DNA of 64,000 bases from Candidatus Hydrothermales bacterium (GCA_039630575.1 JBCNUW010000007.1:1-64000), one strand, 5' to 3'. Numbered from the stretch's first letter, positions 28,301 through 37,451 are shown. The notes: a model not told the origin generated them from the letters alone. Numbers and translations are program-made.

Positions 28301-29629
28301 GATACTTTTTATATAGAAAATAAAATTTATGCTGACTTATTTTTTAGAAATACCTTAACCTGTATAACACCCGGTGAAAAATTTCCAGAAATAAATCTTT
28401 CTTATACAAACGCTGGAGCGAGAGACGCAGATAGTTTCTATGTGTTTTGCGAAATTAAAACAAAAGGAGGCAAAATTTTAAAAAGTGACACCTTCTTTGT
28501 AGATTGTTTAAAATCTCAAGAAACAAAAATTTTGAAAATTCCTGTTCCCTGCACAAGCTACTATTACTTATATTTAAACTTAGATATCAAAAATAATATA
28601 AAAGAACAAAACGAATTAAACAACGAAGATTCTGGTATAATACTAAATCCTTACATGTATGTTGATACACTTGGATATAAGGCTCAATACAATTTTAATA
28701 ACATGACATTTATTAGCGAATTTTATCCCTCCAAAAGTTTATCCATATACGAATTAAAGAGAACACAAGACAAAAGTATAAATGATTCAACTTTAAAAAT
28801 ACTCGTAATAAATGAAAAAAGAACAACTGACACAGTTGGCAAATTTTACTTTGAAAATGTTACAGAAAAAAAGGACGTTATGTTAAAAACTGATAGAGAC
28901 TCTCTTTGGCATAGGATAGAAAGTATGTACGATTCAACAAATAAAAAAATTGAATTTCACTTACAAGAAATCGGAGAGATAGCACTTTTTAATTTAATAG
29001 ACAAAAAGGGACCTGAAATTGAAGTATATATTAGAGACAGAAAAATTGATGATGATAGGTTTACAATATCAAAGTATTTAAACTTAAAGATCATATTAAA
29101 GGATACTTCAGGTATTGATTTGATTTTTAAAAAACCTGAAATTATCCTTAATGGAAAGCCCCTTAACTATGAAAATTCAATAATTAAGGGAGAAAAAAAG
29201 ACTATAATAAATCTAAAAGAAGGACCGTTTAAAGAAGGAACATATCAACTCAAAATTGTGGCTTTTAATAATATGGGTATAAAGAGTGAAAAGAATTTAA
29301 AAGTTGAAGTATCTCTTCCTTTTGATTTAATATATTATGGAAACTATCCTAATCCTGCAAGAAATGGAAAAACAGTAATTTTTTATGAACTGACGAAAGA
29401 TTCGGATGTAATGGAAATAAGCATTTTTACCATATCAGGAAAAATAATAAAGAAATTTATTACTGATGACGATGGAAACCCCTTAAACCTAAAGGGTAAA
29501 CATAAAGTAACTTGGAATTTAAGGGATGGATATGGAAACAGAGTTTCTAAAGGAGTTTACTTTATACTCCTTAGAGGGAAAAAAGACAGAAACCAAAAGA
29601 AAGTTGTAGGAAAGATAGCGGTTGAGTGA
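25298..29629 (+). CDS. Peptidase C25 (gingipain/PorU-like) with CARDB-like and FlgD/CTD-like C-terminal domains
   Basis: IYVQFNYG, YLILVGDAS, SDFYY, catalytic dyad motifs FIGHGG and LSCWTGEF, NLLGDP, EQNELNN, NYPNP...IFTISGKIIK...WNLRDGYGNRVSKGVY. Confidence 0.88.
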   Translation: MYLILTLFFHIGIFLIDDEIKNNIKILKEGYFGPYKIALGELKGKLNSNRKESKVLDFHGNILKKIALNFSQIEKAKTTNLLNFLENDTPISIPKEVILIYTKKEGLYSIKGYMLSSRGIRIDTINVDYITLLGREGKIPIITKGLKDGKFDPLDEIIFYARKLKGNNSYFDLYSFENTYILYFNRNLKIELPEENSKPDESLSVFKKGYFNFHFEEDIYFPDLDPAHSDTENIWFWKYLKENELETLKVSIPLAIDSNNYKLRLNFDTEEITGREPFHKIELKIGEQFIDSFFYTQREPYTIEKDIRGHILNSDSLIFIREKSKIPNYLNYIEIEGEFLLNAKKLKSLKFTLEEIDGNIEISGFTEKPLYFININQKNYTNFEIKNYLEAGKTYYSIKARLKESFLSEYYVTTEIFSPESIVLYRMEKDIKRERGANLVIIYHPDFKEFAESLAIYRSSPKGGSFNVKTFSIKDIYVQFNYGTKSPHSIRKFLKYFFIKKEPKLNYLILVGDASKDPRNIFKNSIEDKIPTFLFPSTFRQFETQAIFTGFFSSDFYYSNIIGNDPFPDIVVSRIPLQSKNEARIYFRKIKEYSEETFGVWRRHFILGTERKTGHLSDVYTQINNLLKSMMKKGMTYVEPDENETPENLISYLSDGCAIFNFIGHGGLHSIWGKAAFRQEDLWETRNYKKYYFFTALSCWTGEFGMVDSRGFGEEVLLIPDRGAIASISLSGSGKVPGNVNFDISSDYTKSIFIGYLRDSINRIGDLVLYSRMYILSRYTTLDEFTETTLKTSNLLGDPLILLPELHEVKLKSNKNYYSPSESATVYVQNPEVISGISTWEVIYQNLNDDIIHKDLYTNFFENSNVKIKFKIPDNITRAKVTVNLYAYDINLKKEIISNHKFSINLLNIDEINFKPDIYSDDTFRVYSVLSAPYSLKNCELWYTFNDTTVPYNLTRVNMVKIGPNSFKTDITLPPFNYEPGKRYFHYALIAVDTFFNSHFSDTFYIENKIYADLFFRNTLTCITPGEKFPEINLSYTNAGARDADSFYVFCEIKTKGGKILKSDTFFVDCLKSQETKILKIPVPCTSYYYLYLNLDIKNNIKEQNELNNEDSGIILNPYMYVDTLGYKAQYNFNNMTFISEFYPSKSLSIYELKRTQDKSINDSTLKILVINEKRTTDTVGKFYFENVTEKKDVMLKTDRDSLWHRIESMYDSTNKKIEFHLQEIGEIALFNLIDKKGPEIEVYIRDRKIDDDRFTISKYLNLKIILKDTSGIDLIFKKPEIILNGKPLNYENSIIKGEKKTIINLKEGPFKEGTYQLKIVAFNNMGIKSEKNLKVEVSLPFDLIYYGNYPNPARNGKTVIFYELTKDSDVMEISIFTISGKIIKKFITDDDGNPLNLKGKHKVTWNLRDGYGNRVSKGVYFILLRGKKDRNQKKVVGKIAVE

Positions 29630-30429
29630 TGAAGAAAAATTTTAGAGAAATAATTCTAAAAGAAAAAAATCCTTACAAGAAACTATCTAAACTTGTGGAA
29701 ATTTTAAGAGAAAACTGTCCGTGGGATAAAAGGCAAACACTTTTTAGTTACAAAAGGGAACTTTTAGAGGAGTGTTATGAACTTATAAGTGCGATAAACT
29801 TTGATGATAAGGATAAAATAAAAGAAGAAATGGGCGATCTAATTTTAACAATTTTTATGATGCTTGATGCTCTTGAGAGAGAGAAAATTGAAAAAAAAGA
29901 AAAAGTTATACAAAACGTTATAGATAAGATGATTAAAAAACATCCTCATGTTTTTGGAGATGAAAAACTTACTGAAAAAGAGTTTCTAAAGAAATGGGAA
30001 CTAGATAAAAATGAAAAGGGACTTAAGATTGAGGATAAGGTCTTTCCTTCTTTACTTTTAGCAGAAAAATTATCCAAAAGGGCAGGAAGGATGGGCTTTG
30101 ACTGGGAAAATGTTATAGATGTTATAGAAAAACTAAAAGAAGAAATAGATGAATTTAAAAAAGCAATTAAAAAAAATAAAAGGGAGGAAATTGAGGAAGA
30201 ATTGGGAGACATTCTCTTTGTAATAACAAATATTGGAAGGCATCTTGGAATTTCTGCAGAAATTGCCTTATATAAAGTAAATGAAAAGTTTATAAGAAGG
30301 TTTAATGAAATGATCTTAATATCGGAGAAAAAAGGGAAAAAATTCCATAAACTAAATATAAAAGAGATGGATAAGTTATGGGAAAAAGCAAAAAATATAA
30401 TTAAAAAGAAAGGAGAATTATATGAATAA
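29626..30429 (+). CDS. mazG: Nucleoside triphosphate pyrophosphohydrolase MazG
   Basis: LRENCPWDKRQT, EECYE, EEMGDL, HPHVFG, GFDW, EELGDILF. Confidence 0.95.
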   Translation: MMKKNFREIILKEKNPYKKLSKLVEILRENCPWDKRQTLFSYKRELLEECYELISAINFDDKDKIKEEMGDLILTIFMMLDALEREKIEKKEKVIQNVIDKMIKKHPHVFGDEKLTEKEFLKKWELDKNEKGLKIEDKVFPSLLLAEKLSKRAGRMGFDWENVIDVIEKLKEEIDEFKKAIKKNKREEIEEELGDILFVITNIGRHLGISAEIALYKVNEKFIRRFNEMILISEKKGKKFHKLNIKEMDKLWEKAKNIIKKKGELYE

Positions 30430-30964
30430 AAAATTTGGTATCTATATTGATGTTCAAAACTTACAAGCAACATTTGAGAAGTTTAACCAAAATGTAAGGT
30501 ATGATAAATTACTTGAATTTATAAAAAATAAATACGGAGAACCCTTTAAGGCTGTCTGCTTTGTTCCATATAATCCAGAAGATCAACATAGAAAAAGACT
30601 AATAGATGCCCTAGCACTTATGGGCTATAGGGTTGTAACGAAATTAATAAAATACTTACCTGACGGATCTTTAAAAGCAAACATGGATCTTGAAATATGT
30701 CTTGAGATTATTAAAGCATCAAAGTACTTAGACACTATTATACTTGTAACTGGTGATGGAGACTTTGTTCCACTTGTAGAAGAACTAAATAGAGTTGGCT
30801 GTAGAGTAATAACAATTGGACCTATGAAAGGAGCTACTTCCCTTGAACTAATAAGAGTCTCCGATGAATACTACAACTTAAACGAAATAGATGAAACAGT
30901 AATACCAAGAAGTTTTACTCAGGATGATTCTTATGAATCAATAAAAAAAGAAGAAATCTATTGA
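30422..30964 (+). CDS. NYN domain (LabA/DUF88) protein
   Basis: IYIDVQN, KANMDLEI, LVTGDGDFVPLV, TSLELIRVSDEY. Confidence 0.92.
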   Translation: MNKKFGIYIDVQNLQATFEKFNQNVRYDKLLEFIKNKYGEPFKAVCFVPYNPEDQHRKRLIDALALMGYRVVTKLIKYLPDGSLKANMDLEICLEIIKASKYLDTIILVTGDGDFVPLVEELNRVGCRVITIGPMKGATSLELIRVSDEYYNLNEIDETVIPRSFTQDDSYESIKKEEIY

Positions 30965-31905
30965 AAAAAATTTTACTCTCTTTTATTTTACTTTTAAATT
31001 GTATTTATGAAAATTCCATATATTTTAAAGGTGAATATAACACCATAATACTTTCCTCAGGAAATTTAACAAGGGCAAAAGATCTAATCAAAAAAAATCT
31101 TGAAATTATACAATTTACTCCAAGAGAAGAAAAAATTTTAAATGTTTTTGATATAGACTCACTTGAAAAAAAAGATAAATTTTTATACAAACATTACATA
31201 ATAGTTTCAACTCCATCCTCCGATAATTTTAAATTATTCAAAGAGATTTTTAAAGATATAAAAGAAAGTGGAATATATTTTAGGAATGATCCATTTTTAA
31301 GAGGATCATTTATAGTTGGAATATATGGCGAAAAAGAAGAGGAAATTTTAAATATTATTTCAAAAAAGGGGGATTTAATTTTTAATACGTTTTACGATAA
31401 GATTATAGCTGATCTTAGAAAAATTGCATATTTTCCTGGAGAAAGAAAGGAATTTTCCGAAAGGGTATTTAAAAAAATTGGACTTAAAATTAAGGTACCA
31501 AAAGGCTACAGATTGTTTAAGGAAGGGGAAGATTATATAATTTTTAATACAAACTATCCAGATAGATTTGTTATGTTTTGGAAAATAAATTCAAAGGTTC
31601 ATTTAGTTCCAGAAAAGGTAGTCGAATTGAGGAACAAAATAGCAAAAACAGTATATGCTGGTGACTCAGTTTTAACAAATTTTGTAAATTATAAATACTT
31701 AAATTTAGACAATAAAAAGGCTTTATACGTCACAGGAGCTTGGGGAAACTTCAGTTTAAAAATTGGTGGTGGATTTGAATCTTTAGTTTTTGAAAAAAAC
31801 GGAAAAACTTATTTCATTGATATTGGAATTTATGAACCAAAAAAATGGAAACTGAAATTTTTAAAAATTATGGAATCTTGGGCTTTTTACATAGAAAATG
31901 AATAG
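30961..31905 (+). CDS. Putative lipoprotein (DUF4837-like)
   Basis: MKKILLSFILLLNC signal ending in Cys, IKVPKGY, GAW...GGGF. Confidence 0.6.
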   Translation: MKKILLSFILLLNCIYENSIYFKGEYNTIILSSGNLTRAKDLIKKNLEIIQFTPREEKILNVFDIDSLEKKDKFLYKHYIIVSTPSSDNFKLFKEIFKDIKESGIYFRNDPFLRGSFIVGIYGEKEEEILNIISKKGDLIFNTFYDKIIADLRKIAYFPGERKEFSERVFKKIGLKIKVPKGYRLFKEGEDYIIFNTNYPDRFVMFWKINSKVHLVPEKVVELRNKIAKTVYAGDSVLTNFVNYKYLNLDNKKALYVTGAWGNFSLKIGGGFESLVFEKNGKTYFIDIGIYEPKKWKLKFLKIMESWAFYIENE

Positions 31906-32908
31906 AATTATAGAATTTCTTGAAAATCCAAAAAGCTATGAGGAAAAGACAGATTATGTAAAAAGAATAGAAACTCACATATCAATAGTTTTTCTAACAT
32001 CTAAATTTGCCTATAAAATGAAAAAACCAGTAAACTTTGGATTTCTTGATTATACAACCCTTTCAAAAAGAAAATATTTCTGCGAAAAAGAAATAGAGCT
32101 AAACAGAAGAATGGCTGAGGGAATATACCTTGGAACTGTATATATCGGAGAAGAAAATGATAAACTTTTTTTCAATAGAGGAAAAGAAATAGAATACCTT
32201 GTAAAGATGAAAAAAATTCCCGATGATACTCTTTTATCTTATAAAGTTGAAAAGAATTTAATTAAAAAGGAAGAAATATTCAAAGTAGGAGAATTTCTTG
32301 GTGAATTTCATCTTAAAGCTCAAAGTGATGAAAGGATAAGTGAATTTGGGACACCAGAAAATTTTAAAGTAAATACAGATGAAAACTTTGAACAAACAAA
32401 AGATTTTGAAGAATATATACTTACAAAAAAAGATTTTCAGTTTATGAAGGAAAAAACAGAAAAATTCTATGAAAAATATTATGATTTAATGCTAAAGAGG
32501 GTAAAAGAGGGGAAAATTAAAGACTGTCACGGAGATATAAGACTTGAGCATGTTACTTTTTTTGAAAACAAAATAAGAATAATAGATTGTATAGAGTTTA
32601 ATGAGAGATTTAGATTTGGAGATATTCTTCTTGACGCAGTATTTTTAAAAATGGAATTAGACAGTGTGGGGAAAAGTGAGCTCGGAGATGAGTTTATGAA
32701 AGGATGGATTATTAAAACTGGTGAGAATTTTGACGAAATAAGACCCCTTTATTACTTTTATTTATCCTACAGAGCTTTTGTAAGAGCAAAGGTTACAGGA
32801 TTTCTCTTAAAAGATCCTAATATTAAAGATAAGGATAAAATAATAGAAAAAAGTAAGAAACTTTTTTTGCTATCAAAAAGTTATATTGAAAATTCCTTTA
32901 TAATTTGA
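31898..32908 (+). CDS. Aminoglycoside-phosphotransferase-like kinase (COG2187 type), no C-terminal P-loop domain
   Basis: ETHISIVFL, AYKMKKPVNFGFLDY, CHGDIRLEH, DCIEFNERFR, YRAFVRAKV. Confidence 0.85.
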   Translation: MNRIIEFLENPKSYEEKTDYVKRIETHISIVFLTSKFAYKMKKPVNFGFLDYTTLSKRKYFCEKEIELNRRMAEGIYLGTVYIGEENDKLFFNRGKEIEYLVKMKKIPDDTLLSYKVEKNLIKKEEIFKVGEFLGEFHLKAQSDERISEFGTPENFKVNTDENFEQTKDFEEYILTKKDFQFMKEKTEKFYEKYYDLMLKRVKEGKIKDCHGDIRLEHVTFFENKIRIIDCIEFNERFRFGDILLDAVFLKMELDSVGKSELGDEFMKGWIIKTGENFDEIRPLYYFYLSYRAFVRAKVTGFLLKDPNIKDKDKIIEKSKKLFLLSKSYIENSFII

Positions 32909-33561
32909 ATTATAAAGTAATTTTGCCTTTTTTCTATACCTATAGTTGTTTTAGGTCCATGCCCAGGATAAATTTCAAAATCATCTGTAAAATTATCTAT
33001 AACATATAAAATAGACCTTTTCATATCTTCAAAATTACTTTCTGGAAAATCAGTTCTTCCAATACTTCCAGAAAATATAAGGTCACCAGTAAAAATTTTA
33101 TTATCAACTACATAAACCATATGTCCTGGTGTGTGACCCGGTACACTATGAAAACTAACCTTCAATCTACCAAAACTTACTTTTTCTCCACCTTTGACCC
33201 AAAAATCGGGTTCTTTAAACTCACCTGGATCAAAACCCAAATAATTTTTTGTGAATTCTCTTGCTGAATAATAAAGATTCTTATCACCGTAAGGGACATA
33301 TAAAGGGATTGAGTCTATATCTTCTATATAAGGTATTCCAAGAACATGATCAAAGTGAGAATGAGTTACCAAAATTGCTTTTAATTTTATATTATTTTTC
33401 TTTAAAATTGCTTTAACAGGCTCAAAATCACCACCTGGATCAACAATTATGGAATTTCCTTCTTTATCAAAGATAACATAGGTATTAACGTAAAGAGGAG
33501 GATAAACAACCTTTTCTAATTTAATGTCTAAAATACCTTTCTTTAATAAAATAAAGTGCAA
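32881..33561 (-). CDS. MBL-fold metallo-hydrolase (glyoxalase II-like); true start probably nearer 33525
   Basis: VDPG, THSHFDH, PGHTPGH, FTGDLIFSGSIGRTD, PGHG. Confidence 0.92.
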   Translation of the reverse strand: MHFILLKKGILDIKLEKVVYPPLYVNTYVIFDKEGNSIIVDPGGDFEPVKAILKKNNIKLKAILVTHSHFDHVLGIPYIEDIDSIPLYVPYGDKNLYYSAREFTKNYLGFDPGEFKEPDFWVKGGEKVSFGRLKVSFHSVPGHTPGHMVYVVDNKIFTGDLIFSGSIGRTDFPESNFEDMKRSILYVIDNFTDDFEIYPGHGPKTTIGIEKRQNYFIIQIIKEFSI

Positions 33562-34984
33562 TATCGTTTTCCTCAGCAGCTTTAATTATCTCTTCGTCTC
33601 TTATAGAACCTGAAGGAGAAACGATTGCAACAATACCCTCCTCGTAAGCCTTATCAATTGAGTCTCTAAATGGAAAAAAACCATCGGATGCTAATACTGC
33701 CCCAACTGTAGAAAGTCCAAAGGACTTTGCCTTTGAAATGGCAATCTCTAATGCTCTTACCCTTGAAGGCTGTCCAGAACCAATACCTAAAGTTCTTTTT
33801 GCTTTAGCTACACATATAGCATTTGATTTAACATATTTAACAACCTTTAGTGCAAAAAATAAATCCTCCAATTCAGATTCAGAAGCTTTTTTTATCGTTT
33901 TTAATTCCCATTTATCAGGTGGAATTGTACCTTTCATCCTATTCTGATAAAGAATAAAAGAAAAAACACTTTTTATTTCATAATCAGGAACATAAAGTTT
34001 ACTTGAATCTATGACTCTTAAATTTTTTTTATCCTTAAACATATCCAAAACACCTTCCTCAAAAGAGGGTGCAACAACCATCTCAAAGAAACTTGATAAA
34101 ATTCTCTCACAGGTAATTTTATCAACAGGAGTGTTAAATGCTAAAACACCACCAAAAGAAGACTCAGGATCAGAAAGATAAGCCCTTTCAAAGGCTTCAT
34201 CAGGAGATTCACCACAGGCAACAGCACAAGGTGAGGAATGTTTTACAATAACACAGGTGGGTTCTTCAAATTCTGAAACACATAAAAAGGCAGTTTCCAA
34301 ATCAAGTAAATTGTTGTAGGAAAGTCTTTTACCCTGAAGTGGTTCAATGGATTCTTTACCAAAAACAACTCCAATTTGCTGTGGATTCTCACCATAACGC
34401 AATTCGTAAATTTTCTTTCCAGCTAAAGATAAATATTCAGGAATCACACCTACTTTACTTCTAAAGAATTCAGAGATGGTAGCATCATAAAAAGTTATGT
34501 ATTCAAAGGCTTTAGAGGCAAAGAAAAACCTATCATTTAATGTGATACCTTTCTCATATTTTTCAATAAATAACTCATAATCAGAAGGATCAACTATAGG
34601 GATTACTCTTTGTATATTTTTACATGCAGCCCTTACCAAATTCACACCTCCAATGTCAATAAACTCATAAATTTCATCCTCTGATTTTAACTCTTTTAAC
34701 TTTTCATAAAAGGGATAAAAATTAACTATAACAACTTCAAAAACCTCTTCCTTTTTATCAAGTATTTTTTGTAAAATTAAAGGATGAAGTGTTTTAATTC
34801 TTCCTTGAGCAATACCCTCTGTATCAATACCAAGATCATCAAGACCTTTAACAATTATACCCTTTTCTTCAAGATACTTTTTTGTTCCAGATGTGGCATA
34901 AACTTCAAATTTCCTTTCTATAAGAAACTTTGAAATTAATTCTATTTTCGATTTATCGTAAACTGAAATTAGTGCTTTTTTCAT
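33521..34984 (-). CDS. purH: Bifunctional AICAR transformylase / IMP cyclohydrolase
   Basis: ALISVYDK, GRIKTLHP, IDIGG, LRYGENP, LSYNN, VKSNAI, ASDGFFPF, RYFRH. Confidence 0.96.
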   Translation of the reverse strand: MKKALISVYDKSKIELISKFLIERKFEVYATSGTKKYLEEKGIIVKGLDDLGIDTEGIAQGRIKTLHPLILQKILDKKEEVFEVVIVNFYPFYEKLKELKSEDEIYEFIDIGGVNLVRAACKNIQRVIPIVDPSDYELFIEKYEKGITLNDRFFFASKAFEYITFYDATISEFFRSKVGVIPEYLSLAGKKIYELRYGENPQQIGVVFGKESIEPLQGKRLSYNNLLDLETAFLCVSEFEEPTCVIVKHSSPCAVACGESPDEAFERAYLSDPESSFGGVLAFNTPVDKITCERILSSFFEMVVAPSFEEGVLDMFKDKKNLRVIDSSKLYVPDYEIKSVFSFILYQNRMKGTIPPDKWELKTIKKASESELEDLFFALKVVKYVKSNAICVAKAKRTLGIGSGQPSRVRALEIAISKAKSFGLSTVGAVLASDGFFPFRDSIDKAYEEGIVAIVSPSGSIRDEEIIKAAEENDIALYFIKERYFRH

Positions 34985-35006
34985 ATTTTAAATTATAAAA
35001 TAAGTA
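34985..35006. promoter_or_regulatory. 22-nt bidirectional leaderless promoter core between purH and rnr
   Basis: Minus TATAAT 34997-92 (7 nt to ATG) overlaps plus TAAAAT 34996-35001 (5 nt to ATG). Confidence 0.65.
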
Positions 35007-36896
35007 ATGAAAAAAATTCTCGAAGGCAAACTTGAAGTTAAAAAAAAGGGTTATGGATTTCTCATTGTTAAAGAAGGAAAGGATATATTTATACCAAAAA
35101 ATAACTTAGGCGGAGCTAAAGATGGAGATATCGTAAAGGTAGTAATTACAAAATCTTTAAAAGAAAGACCCGAGGGAAAAGTTTTAGAAGTAGTAAAGAG
35201 GGCTGAAAAAAGATACTCTGGGACACTTTGGAAAAAGTATAAAGATACTTTTATTGAACCAGACGATGAGACAATTCCTACGAAAATTATTCCTATCGAA
35301 AATGTAAAAGAAATACCATCAGGAAATAAAGTAACATTTGTTCTCACCGAAAAAGGAACAGCTAAAAAAATAAAAGATATTGGTAAACCTGAAGAGAGTG
35401 AGACAGCATTCAATTTAGTAAAAAATCTGTATAACTTACCTGAAGAATACGAAAAAAATTTCCTTGATGAAAATAAAATTAAAAAACTTATAAGGGAAGA
35501 AATAAAAAAACGAAAAGACTTAAGAAATTTGCAAACTTTTACTATTGATCCATACAATGCTAAAGATTTTGATGACGCAATAAGTGCTGTAAAATACAGG
35601 GACGGATACGAACTATTTGTTCATATAGCAGACGTATCTTTTTTCGTTCCACTTGAATCAAAACTTTTTAATGAAGCTTTTGAAAGAGGCACAAGTTATT
35701 ATCTTTTAAACAGGGTTATACATATGCTACCGAGAGAACTTTCTGAGAAATTCTGTTCTCTTCAACCTGGGAAAATTAGGCTTTGTAAAACTGTTCATAT
35801 TTTACTTGATAAGAAAGGAAGGGTGAAAAAATTTAATTTTTACGATTCAATAATAAAATCTAAAAAAAGATTTAATTACGAAGAAGCTCAAGATATACTG
35901 GAAGGAAAAATAAAAATTTTAGATAAGGAAATTTTAAATTCTTTGAAAACAGCTGAAGAAATATCAAAATTACTAAAAGAAAAAAGAAGAAAAAGACTAT
36001 CTCTTGATTTTGATGTTCCTGAACCAGAAATACTTTTTGATGAAGATGGAAAAGTCAAACTCGTACGTCTTGAAAGGGCGGTGTTTACACATTCATTAAT
36101 TGAAGAATGCATGATAATGGCAAATCTAGCCGTTGCAAAATTTTTCCACCAAAAAAAATTACCACTCATCTATAGAATTCACGAAAGCCCTGATAGAAAA
36201 AAACTTTTAGATTTGAAAAAAAGCTTAAGCACCATATTAAAAGATGAAAAATATAAAAAAATATTTGAAAAAGAAGAATTTGACATAAGAAGTATCCTTG
36301 ATATAATAGATGCTGTAAAAGGAAATAAGGAAGAAATAATAGTAATTAAAAAGATCTTAAAGGCAATGAAACAGGCAAGGTATTCTCTAAAAAACATAGG
36401 ACACTTTGGCCTTAAACTACCCTTTTATACTCATTTTACATCTCCAATAAGAAGATTAGCTGATCTGACAAATCATAACCTTTTGAACATAATTAATAAA
36501 AATATGATAGATAAATACCCACATGAAGAAAAACTCTGGGAAATAGCAGAAAGAGCATCAGAAACAGAGAGAGTTGCACAAAAAGCAGAGTGGGATATTG
36601 TTGATATGAAAATACTTGAACATTTAAAAAATAATATTGGAAAGAGTACAAAGGGAATTATAACAGAAATAAAAAGCAACGGTTTTTTTGTGTATATCCC
36701 TGAATTTTATTTTGAGGGCTTTGTTGAAAAAAACCTTTTACCTTTCAAAGCAAGATTTGATCTTGAAAACAAGAAAATTCATCTTAAAAAAGGGAAAAAA
36801 ATATCTTTAGGAGATTACGCGAAGGTTTTAATAAATAAAGTTGATATATTCAAAAAAAAATTGTTCTTAATTTTTCTTAATCTTGAAAAACCCTAA
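35007..36896 (+). CDS. rnr: Ribonuclease R / RNase II family exoribonuclease
   Basis: GYGF cold-shock domain, TIDPYNAKDFDDA, VHIADVS, IEECMIMAN, YTHFTSPIRR, S1 domain. Confidence 0.93.
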   Translation: MKKILEGKLEVKKKGYGFLIVKEGKDIFIPKNNLGGAKDGDIVKVVITKSLKERPEGKVLEVVKRAEKRYSGTLWKKYKDTFIEPDDETIPTKIIPIENVKEIPSGNKVTFVLTEKGTAKKIKDIGKPEESETAFNLVKNLYNLPEEYEKNFLDENKIKKLIREEIKKRKDLRNLQTFTIDPYNAKDFDDAISAVKYRDGYELFVHIADVSFFVPLESKLFNEAFERGTSYYLLNRVIHMLPRELSEKFCSLQPGKIRLCKTVHILLDKKGRVKKFNFYDSIIKSKKRFNYEEAQDILEGKIKILDKEILNSLKTAEEISKLLKEKRRKRLSLDFDVPEPEILFDEDGKVKLVRLERAVFTHSLIEECMIMANLAVAKFFHQKKLPLIYRIHESPDRKKLLDLKKSLSTILKDEKYKKIFEKEEFDIRSILDIIDAVKGNKEEIIVIKKILKAMKQARYSLKNIGHFGLKLPFYTHFTSPIRRLADLTNHNLLNIINKNMIDKYPHEEKLWEIAERASETERVAQKAEWDIVDMKILEHLKNNIGKSTKGIITEIKSNGFFVYIPEFYFEGFVEKNLLPFKARFDLENKKIHLKKGKKISLGDYAKVLINKVDIFKKKLFLIFLNLEKP

Positions 36897-36953
36897 AAAA
36901 AAATGTATTATTATAACACACTTTCTGACAAAAAATTAATGGGTTCTATTCCC
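36883..36953 (+). promoter_or_regulatory. hsp20 promoter and T-loop-like mini-hairpin GGG-TTCTATT-CCC
   Basis: TTGAAA 36883-88, 17 nt, TATTAT 36906-11. Hairpin at 36941-53, 15 or 21 nt before the two candidate ATGs. No SD. Confidence 0.55.
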
Positions 36954-36967
36954 TATTTTCAATTAGT

Positions 36968-37423
36968 ATGAAAATGAAAGAAATAATCAAATGGGATCCT
37001 TTTAAAGAGATATCATCATTAAGGGATGAAATTGATAAACTTTTTGATTCATTTTTTGGAAGAAGGGGATATTTACTTGGCGAGACTGAAACTTTTGTTC
37101 CAGCTTGTGATCTTGAAGAAACTGAAGATTCCTTTATAATTTCTGCTGAAATTCCCGGTATGAAAAAGGACGAAATTAAAATCACTATAGATGAAGATGG
37201 AATCACGATTTCTGGAGAAAGAAAAAAAGAGAGAGAAGAAAAGGGGAAAACCTATCATAGAATCGAAAGAAGTTATGGAAAATTCCAAAGATACATTCCT
37301 TTTCCCAAAGAGGTTCAACCTGAAAAAGCAAAAGCCACTTACAAGGATGGTGTTTTAAAAATTGAAGTTCCTAAAAGTGAGAAAGTAAAACCAAAAGAAA
37401 TTAAAATTGAAATAGAAGAATAA
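36968..37423 (+). CDS. Hsp20/alpha-crystallin small heat-shock protein
   Basis: WDPF, AEIPGMKKDEI, ERSYGKFQR, ATYKDGVLKI. Confidence 0.96.
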   Translation: MKMKEIIKWDPFKEISSLRDEIDKLFDSFFGRRGYLLGETETFVPACDLEETEDSFIISAEIPGMKKDEIKITIDEDGITISGERKKEREEKGKTYHRIERSYGKFQRYIPFPKEVQPEKAKATYKDGVLKIEVPKSEKVKPKEIKIEIEE

Positions 37424-37451
37424 AATAAACAAGTAGCCAAAAATAAAAAAA

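Noticed and set aside
29626..30964. mazG + NYN as an anti-phage defence island
   Set aside because: Canonical two-domain housekeeping MazG and a LabA-type NYN in a core-gene context with normal composition.
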